64,000 nucleotides of DNA, from contig CAXXIA010000001.1 of the NCBI GenBank assembly GCA_963666985.2, positions 608,001 to 672,000 on the forward strand. Direction: 5' to 3'. Shown here piece by piece: positions 19,180-27,836 of the stretch (positions are counted from its first letter, which is position 1; each line of letters begins with the position of its first letter). The position numbers and the translations under genes were made by a program. This DNA comes from Spirochaetia bacterium. GTDB taxonomy: Bacteria; Spirochaetota; Spirochaetia; DSM-2461. The notes below the pieces were generated by a model, which was given only the letters and a program-made list of their open reading frames with translations, was not told the DNA's origin and made no database searches.

Positions 19180-20967
19180 TTGGATATGAAGCCGACTTTG
19201 GTTGAATATGCGCCTCCCGCCGCTCTCGGGTGCCTTGTTTTCATATCTCTGCAGGGGATTCTTCCAAGCTGTTTTTTCGGAAGGGGAGTTCTTTGGGCGG
19301 CATTCATTGCGGGGCTGTTAAGCGCCGTATTTGGTTTACCGGGGATTGCGGGTCCGAAGAAAGGAAAGCGGCGGCGAACGTCCGCGGAGAAAAACGGCCA
19401 TACAAAAGACTCCGCGAAAACCAATGCTAATAAACGGACCGGATTCGGGCTCCGCTTTGGGACTCCTCACGGCCTTTTTCTTTTTTTACCGTTTGCTCTT
19501 TCAGGCTTTTTTTTCTCATTCACCGCGAAATCGGTTTTTTTATATCTGGATGCTTATGCCCATGCGGGACTTCCCGCTGATGCGGTTGAAGCCGCCGAAA
19601 TCGTGCTTACGGAAGACCCGAGAATCCGAGGAGAAAAAGGGTGGACGGCCGAAGGGCGCCTGATCGGAGTATCGGCCGAAGGCGTTTCGACTCAAGCCCA
19701 AGGAAGGATTCTTGTTTTTGCTTCCGGAGAACCTTCCTCTCTGGCCGCGGGAAGAAAAGTTCTTCTTCACGGACGGATGGAGAGCGGTAACTTAAACGAA
19801 ATTCCTTTTGTTTTTTTTGCGGAATCTTGGGAACTCAAAGAGTGGCTGTCGACTATTTTTTCATTTCGTCTTTCATTCACCGAGACTCTGCAGGCTAAGT
19901 TCGATTGCTGCAAACCCGACACATCTTCTTTTTTCTCGGCCCTGATTCTCGGGAAAAAGACGGATTCCGGCTCTCCTTTGATGATGAGATTTGAAGCTTC
20001 GGGGTGCATGCATCTTTTGGCGCTCTCCGGGTTCCACGTGGGACTGATGGCCATGATTATCCGCAGGATGCTGAAACCCGCCGGACTCGTCGTTTCTTTC
20101 TCCGTATCCGCCGCCGCCTCTCTGGCGTATCTTTTTCTTGTGGGTCTTCGCCCTTCACTGATACGGGCGGTCGTTATGTTCTGCTTATGGGCATACGACC
20201 GCTCCAGAGGATTTCGGAGTCGTCCGATATGCTATCTCTCCGGTGCGTTTCTTCTTCAATGTTTGTTCTTTCCGCATACAACCTCTTCATTGGCCTTTCA
20301 GCTCAGTTATGCCGCTTTGGCGGGGATGCTTTCGGCAGGGAAAGCGGCTGCCAATGGATTAACGCGAATCCGTTTGAGGCTTTTGGGCGCCGTTGCCGGA
20401 AGCGGAATCGGCGCTCATGCATCGACAATGCCCTTCGTTGTTTCCGCCTTCGGAATTTGGCGGCCGGTAGGTTTGGCCGCCGCACCGGTTCTTACGCCCC
20501 TTACGGCTTTATCCATGGCTTCGGGCGCACTTCTGCTGATCCTGCCGAAAGATACGGCGGTTTTTAATGCGGCGGTTTTTTGTTCGGACGGACTTATCGG
20601 CGTGATTGAAGCCGCGGCGGGCTTCTTTTCTTTCGTCCGAGGTGTTCCTGTGCCTCTGCCGGTCGCTTGGCTCTTGATGCTCGGTGGGGTTACAATCCCG
20701 TTGTTTCAATTAAGGAGGAGCGAAAACGTCAGCAACGGAACGATTGAACCACGACTCCCCGGCCTCAATTCGATTTTTCCTGGAGAAGAGGGAAATCGCT
20801 CCGAGGAAACGCTGGGGGCAGAATTTTCTCATCAATCGAGGAGCCAGGGAAAAAATCATCGAACTGCTGGACGTTCTTCCCGGCATGATTACCTGGGAAA
20901 TCGGTCCCGGATTAGGAGCCATGAGCGAATCCCTTCTGGAACGAGGGGCGAAGCTGACGGTTTTTGA
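19180..20967 (+). CDS. comEC: ComEC/Rec2 competence channel (no MBL domain); 3' end overlaps rsmA
   Basis: ALILG, GCMHLLALSGFHVG, PSLIRA and AFQLSY motifs. Confidence 0.85.
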   Translation: MDMKPTLVEYAPPAALGCLVFISLQGILPSCFFGRGVLWAAFIAGLLSAVFGLPGIAGPKKGKRRRTSAEKNGHTKDSAKTNANKRTGFGLRFGTPHGLFLFLPFALSGFFFSFTAKSVFLYLDAYAHAGLPADAVEAAEIVLTEDPRIRGEKGWTAEGRLIGVSAEGVSTQAQGRILVFASGEPSSLAAGRKVLLHGRMESGNLNEIPFVFFAESWELKEWLSTIFSFRLSFTETLQAKFDCCKPDTSSFFSALILGKKTDSGSPLMMRFEASGCMHLLALSGFHVGLMAMIIRRMLKPAGLVVSFSVSAAASLAYLFLVGLRPSLIRAVVMFCLWAYDRSRGFRSRPICYLSGAFLLQCLFFPHTTSSLAFQLSYAALAGMLSAGKAAANGLTRIRLRLLGAVAGSGIGAHASTMPFVVSAFGIWRPVGLAAAPVLTPLTALSMASGALLLILPKDTAVFNAAVFCSDGLIGVIEAAAGFFSFVRGVPVPLPVAWLLMLGGVTIPLFQLRRSENVSNGTIEPRLPGLNSIFPGEEGNRSEETLGAEFSHQSRSQGKNHRTAGRSSRHDYLGNRSRIRSHERIPSGTRGEADGF

Positions 20968-21592
20968 GATTGATCCGGCTTATTGCTCCTGGCTTCGGGA
21001 GTCACTTGGACCAAAAGGATTGGAACTGGTGGAAGGCGATATCACCTCCACGTGGTCCGCTCAGTGGGAAAAACAACCCCCGCGGAGGATTCTCGGTAAT
21101 CTTCCGTACAACGCGGCTTCGGCGATAATCGCGGCCTTTATCGAACGGGAAAGACTCCCTGAAAAATGCGTTTTTACCGTTCAGGATGAAATGGGCCGGC
21201 GAATGACGGCTTCCGCGGGAACAAAAGACTATTCGTCGTTCTCAATCCTCTGCCAAACTTCCGCCGTGCTTGTCGATGGAGGCAGGCTCTCTCCCGGTTC
21301 CTTTTATCCGGCGCCGAGAGTCTATTCCCGCATTATACGTTTGGAACCGGCCTCACCGCATGGGCGCATTCGCGATCCGGAAGTTTTTCGTCTGCTCGTC
21401 AGGTCTTTGTTTACATCAAGACGAAAAACCTTGTCGAATAACATTTCGGCATCCTCATCCGTTAAGGGATTCCCATCGGCCGAAACGGTAAGGGACGCCT
21501 TTAATGGTGAGGGCATCGATTTATCGCGAAGACCCGAGACGGTCTCTCCGGCCGAGTGGGTTGCCGTTTCGAATCGAATCGTTTCCGGATGA
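20744..21592 (+). CDS. rsmA: 16S rRNA m6,2A1518/1519 dimethyltransferase (true start may be ACG at 20726)
   Basis: KRWGQNFL, EIGPGLG, GNLPYN, FYPAPRVYS and RRKTL motifs. Confidence 0.96.
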   Translation: MNHDSPASIRFFLEKREIAPRKRWGQNFLINRGAREKIIELLDVLPGMITWEIGPGLGAMSESLLERGAKLTVFEIDPAYCSWLRESLGPKGLELVEGDITSTWSAQWEKQPPRRILGNLPYNAASAIIAAFIERERLPEKCVFTVQDEMGRRMTASAGTKDYSSFSILCQTSAVLVDGGRLSPGSFYPAPRVYSRIIRLEPASPHGRIRDPEVFRLLVRSLFTSRRKTLSNNISASSSVKGFPSAETVRDAFNGEGIDLSRRPETVSPAEWVAVSNRIVSG

Positions 21593-22239
21593 GTGTTCTC
21601 TGCCGCCTTTGCGGCCGAATGGAAACGGAGCCGTTTCTAACCCGGCGTGAAAAAACACTCTATCATCGCTGTTTTTCCTGCGGTTATGTCCAAATTGATG
21701 AAAAGCATATTCTCTCGGAAGAAGAAGAGCGCCGCCGTTATCTTCTGCACGAGAACAGCTCTGAGAATTCCGGATATGTCCGTTGGCTGGAATCTTTTCT
21801 GAACTTCGCGTTTGACGAAGTGCCGCCCGCCGGAACGGCCGTTTTGGACTTCGGAAGCGGCCCTGAGCCCGTAATGGCCGAGCTGATGAGAAATCGGGGA
21901 TGTAAAGTGTTATTGGAGGATTGCTGTTTTGCTCCGGGGAAACCCGATGGGCCGTTTCGTCTGATTACGGCGGTGGAGGTGTTTGAGCATCTTTTGTATC
22001 CGGCGAAAATCATGGAATCCCTTGCTTCGAGACTTTCCCCCGGAGGAAGACTCTGCCTTTCCACGGAATTCCTTCCTGAAACACCGGATGATTTTGAATC
22101 TTGGCATTATAGGAACGATCCGACTCATATCGGATTCTTCACGGAAAAGTCTCTCATCGCGGCAGGTCGGGAGAACGGGCTCGAGAAGATGAAATGCGAC
22201 GGGCTTCGTTATATTGCTTTCGCTAAAACACCATGCTAA
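21589..22239 (+). CDS. Class I SAM methyltransferase with N-terminal Zn ribbon
   Basis: CRLC...CFSC, LDFGSGP, EVFEH and WHYRNDPTH; ATGA overlap with rsmA. Confidence 0.88.
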   Translation: MSVLCRLCGRMETEPFLTRREKTLYHRCFSCGYVQIDEKHILSEEEERRRYLLHENSSENSGYVRWLESFLNFAFDEVPPAGTAVLDFGSGPEPVMAELMRNRGCKVLLEDCCFAPGKPDGPFRLITAVEVFEHLLYPAKIMESLASRLSPGGRLCLSTEFLPETPDDFESWHYRNDPTHIGFFTEKSLIAAGRENGLEKMKCDGLRYIAFAKTPC

Positions 22240-22252
22240 CGTAGGTCTCGTT

Positions 22253-22888
22253 ATGAGTTTGTTTCTCGTCGCCTCTATTCCGCTGTGGCTTCTCTTGATC
22301 GTATCCTTCTACAAAATTCCTTCAAGGGGATGGCGTGGATTGTTTATTCCTTTTCTCGGCGGGCTTGTTACCGGAATGGGCGCTTTATCAATAACGCTGA
22401 GCGTCCTCACCCGAACACAGTTCAGCATGGATTTTTCCCGTTTGTTTCTCTGGGCCTGGATTCGCGGTCCGGGAATGGCGGGTTTAATTGTTGCAGCTGC
22501 CGTTACGGCCGTGCATTTTCGTCGAAACACCTCCTACTCCAGAATCAGAGAACTCTCGGCATGGTTCGGAGGAACGGCTTTTTGTTATCTATTATGGCTG
22601 GCGGTTTCGCCCGATCCCGGATTCGACGGATATCGTGTTCTGCTCGCTCCTTTTGTATGGATAGGAGCCTTCGGTTCTTCCGTATGGCTTGCCGATAGGG
22701 GATTGAAATCCGACGGGTGGGTAAAAATCGTTTTTTTAGTTTGTGCGGCCCTGTTCCCGACAATCTTTACATTTATTCCGGCATCCTATGCCGCGGGGAA
22801 AATTTTCGTCGCGTGGCCCATCGCCGTATTTTTTGCGGCCGGATCCGCCGTTATGGCGCTGCTGGATTCGCGTGGCCGTTTCGCGTGA
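22253..22888 (+). CDS. Hypothetical polytopic membrane protein
   Basis: Multiple hydrophobic segments; start estimated at ATG 22253. Confidence 0.65.
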   Translation: MSLFLVASIPLWLLLIVSFYKIPSRGWRGLFIPFLGGLVTGMGALSITLSVLTRTQFSMDFSRLFLWAWIRGPGMAGLIVAAAVTAVHFRRNTSYSRIRELSAWFGGTAFCYLLWLAVSPDPGFDGYRVLLAPFVWIGAFGSSVWLADRGLKSDGWVKIVFLVCAALFPTIFTFIPASYAAGKIFVAWPIAVFFAAGSAVMALLDSRGRFA

Positions 22889-23768
22889 GCTTCCTCGGCT
22901 GACGGTATCCATCCTCTTTGCGGTTTTATCCCTTTCTTGTTCCGCGAATTCCATTCTTGTCGTAACGGATCCTTATATTGAAAAAATTCATGAAAATCGG
23001 TGGGCTCCGGCTTCTTTTGAGTTCGCCGCAAGAGCTTTTCTCAACGGGTATCAAGTCTCCGTGGAAAGTGCGGAAGATCAAAATGAATTGAAGCGTGTCG
23101 TGGAGAATCGTGAAATACCCCCCGGTATTGTTATCGTTTCTCCGTTGAATGCCTCGGGTCTTTCCCATATTCGCGCGGATGTTAAGGAATTCGTTATCAT
23201 CGGGAGAGATCCGGAAGTCGATGCTGCCGGAGATTCCCGGATTATTCGCGTTGAACTCGACAGAACGGCGGCGATGGAAGAAATCGGTTTATCGGCCGCC
23301 AAAATCGCTTCAAAGGAAAATAAACCGGCCATGGCCTTGTTCTCCACCGTAAATTCCAAACGCGCCGGTGAAATGGAAACGCTCAAAAATGCCTATTTTT
23401 CCGAATTGCAAGAGGAACTGAGCAGTACAAACGTGAACAGCTTTTCCGGAGAACTTTCTTCCGATTTTGCCGATAAGGCTCAAGAATGCTCTGTTCTTCT
23501 TCTGTTTGCGGGGCCCGCGAATATTGTCGCCATGCAAATGACCGAAGAGATGGGTATCCCGGTTATCACCGAAGGACACTTCGGATCCGGTGCCTGGAAT
23601 AAACGCATCTTAGCATCCGTTGAAGACGATCAAAAAAGTTTAGTCAAGGTTCTGATGGAAATAATCGATGATAAAGAAGCGGGACCGGTTATCGGTTATC
23701 CCGCAAAAATTATTGATGGAAGAGTTTACCGGTCAAAGAAAAAATGGTTTGACGCTCTTGTACCGTAA
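22872..23768 (+). CDS. Putative lipoprotein, possibly periplasmic binding protein-like
   Basis: Lipobox-like VLSLSC after a hydrophobic stretch; start estimated at GTG 22872. Confidence 0.6.
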   Translation: MAVSRELPRLTVSILFAVLSLSCSANSILVVTDPYIEKIHENRWAPASFEFAARAFLNGYQVSVESAEDQNELKRVVENREIPPGIVIVSPLNASGLSHIRADVKEFVIIGRDPEVDAAGDSRIIRVELDRTAAMEEIGLSAAKIASKENKPAMALFSTVNSKRAGEMETLKNAYFSELQEELSSTNVNSFSGELSSDFADKAQECSVLLLFAGPANIVAMQMTEEMGIPVITEGHFGSGAWNKRILASVEDDQKSLVKVLMEIIDDKEAGPVIGYPAKIIDGRVYRSKKKWFDALVP

Positions 23769-23778
23769 TATCTATAAT
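23749..23778 (+). promoter_or_regulatory. Sigma70-like promoter of the flaA pair
   Basis: TTGACG-N18-TATAAT. Confidence 0.7.
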
Positions 23779-23833
23779 TCAGCGAGAAGGTGAATTATCA
23801 CTGTTTTTGCGGTTAACCACTAAGGAGATAGGA

Positions 23834-24646
23834 ATGAAACGAGTCAGCCTCCTGTCGGTCCTGATTATCCTCCTGGTCATCGGAGCCGGAGTTCTCGGCG
23901 CCGACGACATCACGCTGAGGTTGGAAGATTATGTAATTGAAACATGGGATAAACCTGATTCCAGTTTCTTTGAGTACAGCAATGATGACGAAATCAAAGG
24001 CCAGCCGATTACATGGGAAGTTCGCGGCAGCAAATTCAGCGCCGACGGTCTTCCGGTTATGGGATACATGGATAATGCATGGCCCGACGATCTTTTCGGC
24101 AGAAACCCCATGGAAGATCCGAAATACGAAGGTGATCCTCCGGGCGTGTTGGCTATCAAAGGAGCTTTTACGCGTCAGGGATACAATCAGATCGAATTAA
24201 TCCCCGGCGTCGGTTCCGGTGATGATTTCGTTCCTACTCCTATCCCTCTTCCGGGCAGGGTCCGAATGGTCGATTTCTGGGTTTGGGGCGCCAATTACGA
24301 TTATTACGTTGAAGTCCATTTTATGGATCATATGGGTATGCCTCATGTTCTTCAGCCCGTACGCATTGATCAGCTCCGTGAACCCGGCAGCATTAAGTTC
24401 GTCGGCTGGAAGAATATGATCATCGACATGCCGAATTACATCAAACAGTCGGTGAATTATAAGCCCGAATTGGCGAATCTCAGTTTGACTAAGTTCGTAT
24501 TCACAACACATCCGGCGGAAATCGTCACGGAGTTCAATATCCTTGTCGATCACCTGAAGGTTCTTTCCGACATGCACGAATCTTTCTATGACGGATTTGA
24601 GCTGGTCGATAGGCTGTCGGAAGTTCAGTGGAAAAACGAGGAGTAG
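23834..24646 (+). CDS. flaA: Flagellar filament outer-layer (sheath) protein FlaA family
   Basis: AAGGAG RBS, signal peptide, WEVRGSKF, PIPLPG...DFWVWGANY and FVGWKNM motifs. Confidence 0.88.
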   Translation: MKRVSLLSVLIILLVIGAGVLGADDITLRLEDYVIETWDKPDSSFFEYSNDDEIKGQPITWEVRGSKFSADGLPVMGYMDNAWPDDLFGRNPMEDPKYEGDPPGVLAIKGAFTRQGYNQIELIPGVGSGDDFVPTPIPLPGRVRMVDFWVWGANYDYYVEVHFMDHMGMPHVLQPVRIDQLREPGSIKFVGWKNMIIDMPNYIKQSVNYKPELANLSLTKFVFTTHPAEIVTEFNILVDHLKVLSDMHESFYDGFELVDRLSEVQWKNEE

Positions 24647-24649
24647 AAG

Positions 24650-25381
24650 ATGAAGAAGATCGCACTCATAACACTGATTCTTACCGCCTTTACCGTCGGG
24701 CTTTTCGCTCAGACGGGAACCGAAGCCGATCCCACGAAAACGGGAATCGTAACGGCCGAGAATGCTTTCCAGGAAATATCGGTATCCAAAATGGAAGATG
24801 CCGGTTTCTGGTACGGTATTTTTCCCGCTGATAACGGGATAATCCAAGTTCGGGATTTCCCCGGCGGACCGAAAGCCTTCGACGAGGTTGAAAATCCTCT
24901 CGGAAAGAAGGCGGTCCCCGAGGAAGAGGCCAACGGCATTCTTGAATCGGATGAGCGTGTCGTCGGCGCGAAAGTTTCGTTTTATCGCCGAGGAGTCATC
25001 GACTTTACGATTAAGCCGATTCGGCCTTTGCCGGTTGAAGGTATTACCAAAATGGTTTCCGTCTGGGTTGCCGGACGCAACACGGAGCATCGGCTGGAAC
25101 TTCTCGTTTCCGATCATTTCGGAAACGATGCGGTAATCCCCATGGGTAAGCTGAATTTCTCCGGCTGGAAGAAACTCACCGTAACCATTCCTCCGCAAAT
25201 CAAACAGCGGGATTATCATTATAATGATCGAATGGGTCTTTCCATTGACGGTTTTAATGTTAAGTGTAACATTGACGAGACTTACGGACGTTATTATCTC
25301 TATCTCGACGACTTGCGGGCAACTACGGATTTATACTCCGAGGAGAGCAGAGACGCGGATGATATGTCCGATGCCTGGTAG
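24650..25381 (+). CDS. flaA: Flagellar filament outer-layer protein FlaA family (second paralogue)
   Basis: Signal peptide; GAKVSFYRRG, SVWVAGRN, LNFSGWKKL and YLDDLRATTD motifs. Confidence 0.88.
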   Translation: MKKIALITLILTAFTVGLFAQTGTEADPTKTGIVTAENAFQEISVSKMEDAGFWYGIFPADNGIIQVRDFPGGPKAFDEVENPLGKKAVPEEEANGILESDERVVGAKVSFYRRGVIDFTIKPIRPLPVEGITKMVSVWVAGRNTEHRLELLVSDHFGNDAVIPMGKLNFSGWKKLTVTIPPQIKQRDYHYNDRMGLSIDGFNVKCNIDETYGRYYLYLDDLRATTDLYSEESRDADDMSDAW

Positions 25382-25406
25382 GAAACGTTAAATATCGTGA
25401 TGATCG

Positions 25407-25434
25407 GAGCCCCCTCTATGAGGGGGCTCTTTTT
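25407..25434 (+). terminator. Intrinsic terminator after the flaA pair
   Basis: GAGCCCCCTC-tat-GAGGGGGCTC followed by a T run. Confidence 0.9.
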
Positions 25435-25530
25435 ATAAGTTATGCTGAAATGTTTTATAATTCGACTGGTACCCGCTTTTTTGCGCTGAAAATCAGCTGC
25501 GGTTTCGCGATTCGACTGTGCCGAATTGTT

Positions 25531-25666
25531 GTTGGGTTCGCTATTTCGTTTTGCGAAACAGCTGTTGGGCTCGCTATTTCGCTTCGCGAAACAGCTGCTG
25601 GGTTCGCTATTTCGCTTTGCGAAACAGCTGTTGGGCTCGCTATTTCGCTTTGCGAAACAGCTGTTG
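25531..25666. repeat. 33-bp tandem repeat, 4 copies plus a degenerate upstream copy
   Basis: Unit GYTGGGYTCGCTATTTCGYTTYGCGAAACAGCT at 25531, 25564, 25597 and 25630. Each unit has an internal hairpin TTTCGC-TTT-GCGAAA. Confidence 0.95.
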
Positions 25667-25682
25667 AGAGAAAGGAGGAACG

Positions 25683-26855
25683 ATGAAAGGAATTGCTCGA
25701 GAATTAAAGAAAATCGACACTTTCTCCGAATTACCGGAGGATGATCTTAATGCACTTGCCGAAATCTGTACCTCCGCACAATATGAAACGGGCTCGGTCA
25801 TCGCGCGGGAAGGTTTTGAAGCGATGTCGATGTTCGCTCTCTTGAAAGGTTCGGTTGGGATTTGGGTCGATCACGGTTCCGACTCATCCGATCTTCTTAC
25901 CGTGAGAAACGCTCCTTGTCTTGTTGGTGAAATGGGGGTTGCCGATGAACTCCCAAGGAGTGCCACCATCGTAGCCGGATCTCCCGTATCGGGTTACACC
26001 ATAGACGCATCGGCTTTTAAGGGACTCCTTGAGAATCGAGGCCGTATCGCACTGTCGATGCTTAAGAGCATTTCTCAATTAGTCAGAAGCAGCAACGACA
26101 GCTTCATAAGCGGACTCAGAGAACGAAACGCCGAACTTATAAAGGCGAATACCGAACTTCAGGAAGCACAGCGCCGATTAGTCCGTCAGGAAAGACTCTC
26201 CAGTTTGGGGAAATTTTCTTCGATGATTATTCATGATTTGCGAAATCCTCTTTCCGTGATTAAAGGTTACGCCGATATGCTGGAACTGAAACTCGGTGAC
26301 GGATCACCGAATCTTTCCAAGTATGCATCCCATATCAGACGTGAGACGGCCCGCTTAACGGGACTTATTAACGAATTGCTGGATTTTTCCCGCGGAGAAA
26401 TTCGGCTTGCATATTCACCCGTTACAATCTCGGAACTGTTTGACCAGATCCGTGAAAATTGCGAACCGGGATTTGCCTCGAAAGGCATTGAGACAACCTG
26501 GACCATCGGATTCGAGGATTCCTCTTTAATGGATGAGGAGAGGATGATTCGTGCGCTGATCAACATCATGGATAATGCTCGGAAAGCCTGTGAGAGAAAC
26601 GGGCGTATCGATGTGAGCGCCGATAAAGATGGAGATTGCTTGCTCATCCTGGTTAAAGACGATGGAGTGGGAATGAGTGAAGAAACGCTCCAGCACGTCT
26701 TTGATCCCTTTTATTCCGCATCGGATCGAGGCGGTACGGGATTGGGGATGCATATCGTAAGGACTGTCGTTGAAGCTCATGGCGGAGAAGTCGATATAAA
26801 AAGTTTCGTGGGAGAAGGAACGGAAATTTCCATCAGACTGCCGCTGAGAATGTGA
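25683..26855 (+). CDS. Cytoplasmic sensor histidine kinase with N-terminal cNMP-binding domain
   Basis: VGEMG...PRSATI cNMP motif; H-box HDLRNPL; N-box NIMDNA; DDGVGM and GTGLG; AAGGAGG RBS. Confidence 0.93.
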   Translation: MKGIARELKKIDTFSELPEDDLNALAEICTSAQYETGSVIAREGFEAMSMFALLKGSVGIWVDHGSDSSDLLTVRNAPCLVGEMGVADELPRSATIVAGSPVSGYTIDASAFKGLLENRGRIALSMLKSISQLVRSSNDSFISGLRERNAELIKANTELQEAQRRLVRQERLSSLGKFSSMIIHDLRNPLSVIKGYADMLELKLGDGSPNLSKYASHIRRETARLTGLINELLDFSRGEIRLAYSPVTISELFDQIRENCEPGFASKGIETTWTIGFEDSSLMDEERMIRALINIMDNARKACERNGRIDVSADKDGDCLLILVKDDGVGMSEETLQHVFDPFYSASDRGGTGLGMHIVRTVVEAHGGEVDIKSFVGEGTEISIRLPLRM

Positions 26856-26973
26856 TTTTCATGTTTTTCGCTTCATCATACGGAATCTTTCCGATTCCAT
26901 AAAAATGAGAACACACGGTCAAAGGATGGAACCGCTGGTCGTGTGTTCTTGTTTTACAGATGAACAACGGCTC

Positions 26974-27766
26974 TTAAAAATCTCCGGAATAAAATTTTTC
27001 GGACATACCGGAGAGCCATTCTATGCTTTCATTCATCCATGTTGCCACGTGAATATCGGACAGACGATCCTTTTGAGGATCGTCAACTTCGGGAGTGGCT
27101 ATGGAAAGTCCGTGAATACCGTAGGGAAACAAGTGCAGCTCGACCGGCACTCGGCTTTCGATTAATCGCTGCGTGAATTTCAGCGAACCCAAAACCGGAA
27201 CCATTTCATCTTCAACGGTATGCCAGAGAAATGCCGGCGGAGTTTTTCCGTTGATGTATTCCACAGCGGAAAAATAGCGATATTTTTCCATGTCATCCCC
27301 CGCCAGGAGTCGCTTGAAATCTTTACTGTCGATAAGTTTCGTATCCACGGCGGGATAGGCGAGAATCATTCCGTCGGGGCGGATTTTACTGTGCAGAGCA
27401 GTGTCGGTGAACACTTCGGCGTCGTTCCAGTGGACTCCGAGACACGCGCAGACATTGCCGCCCGCGGAGAAGCCGCACACGGCCACAAACATATCGGGGA
27501 AGGTTTCGCGAACATGCACCATAGCCCAGGCCAGCTGTTTCATGGGTTTCTCAAAAAGCGGAGCAAATTTCTCGCCGACGCTGTATCGTAAAATAAACGG
27601 CTGCCAGCCGGCCTCTTCATAACAGGCCGCCACAGGCCATTCTTCTCGGGGGCTGAGCCATTTGATAACCGCCTCCGGCACAGATAATCACGGCGCCTTT
27701 GGGCGAATCCATGGGACGATAGAGAAGTTCGGCGCCCCCTTGCTCCATTTTGATTATGTCGGACAT
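26974..27766 (-). pseudogene. Alpha/beta hydrolase (carbohydrate esterase-like), +1 frameshift near 27661-27663
   Basis: ATG 27766 reads ...AVIICAGGGYQ, then an extra A, then WLSPREEW...GFSAGG...D..V...HGLS. The 793-bp span is 3n+1. Confidence 0.8.
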
Positions 27767-27836
27767 AAAACCACCTTATTTGTTTATTACCGTCCGAACA
27801 GAGATGTACGGACAAAGACGCCTTTCGGCTTCAATC

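Noticed and set aside
24197..25219. 340-aa minus-strand ORF
   Set aside because: It is an antisense shadow of the codon-biased flaA genes.
25531..25666. CRISPR array (33-bp palindromic repeats)
   Set aside because: The units are directly adjacent with no unique spacers, and there are no cas genes in the window.
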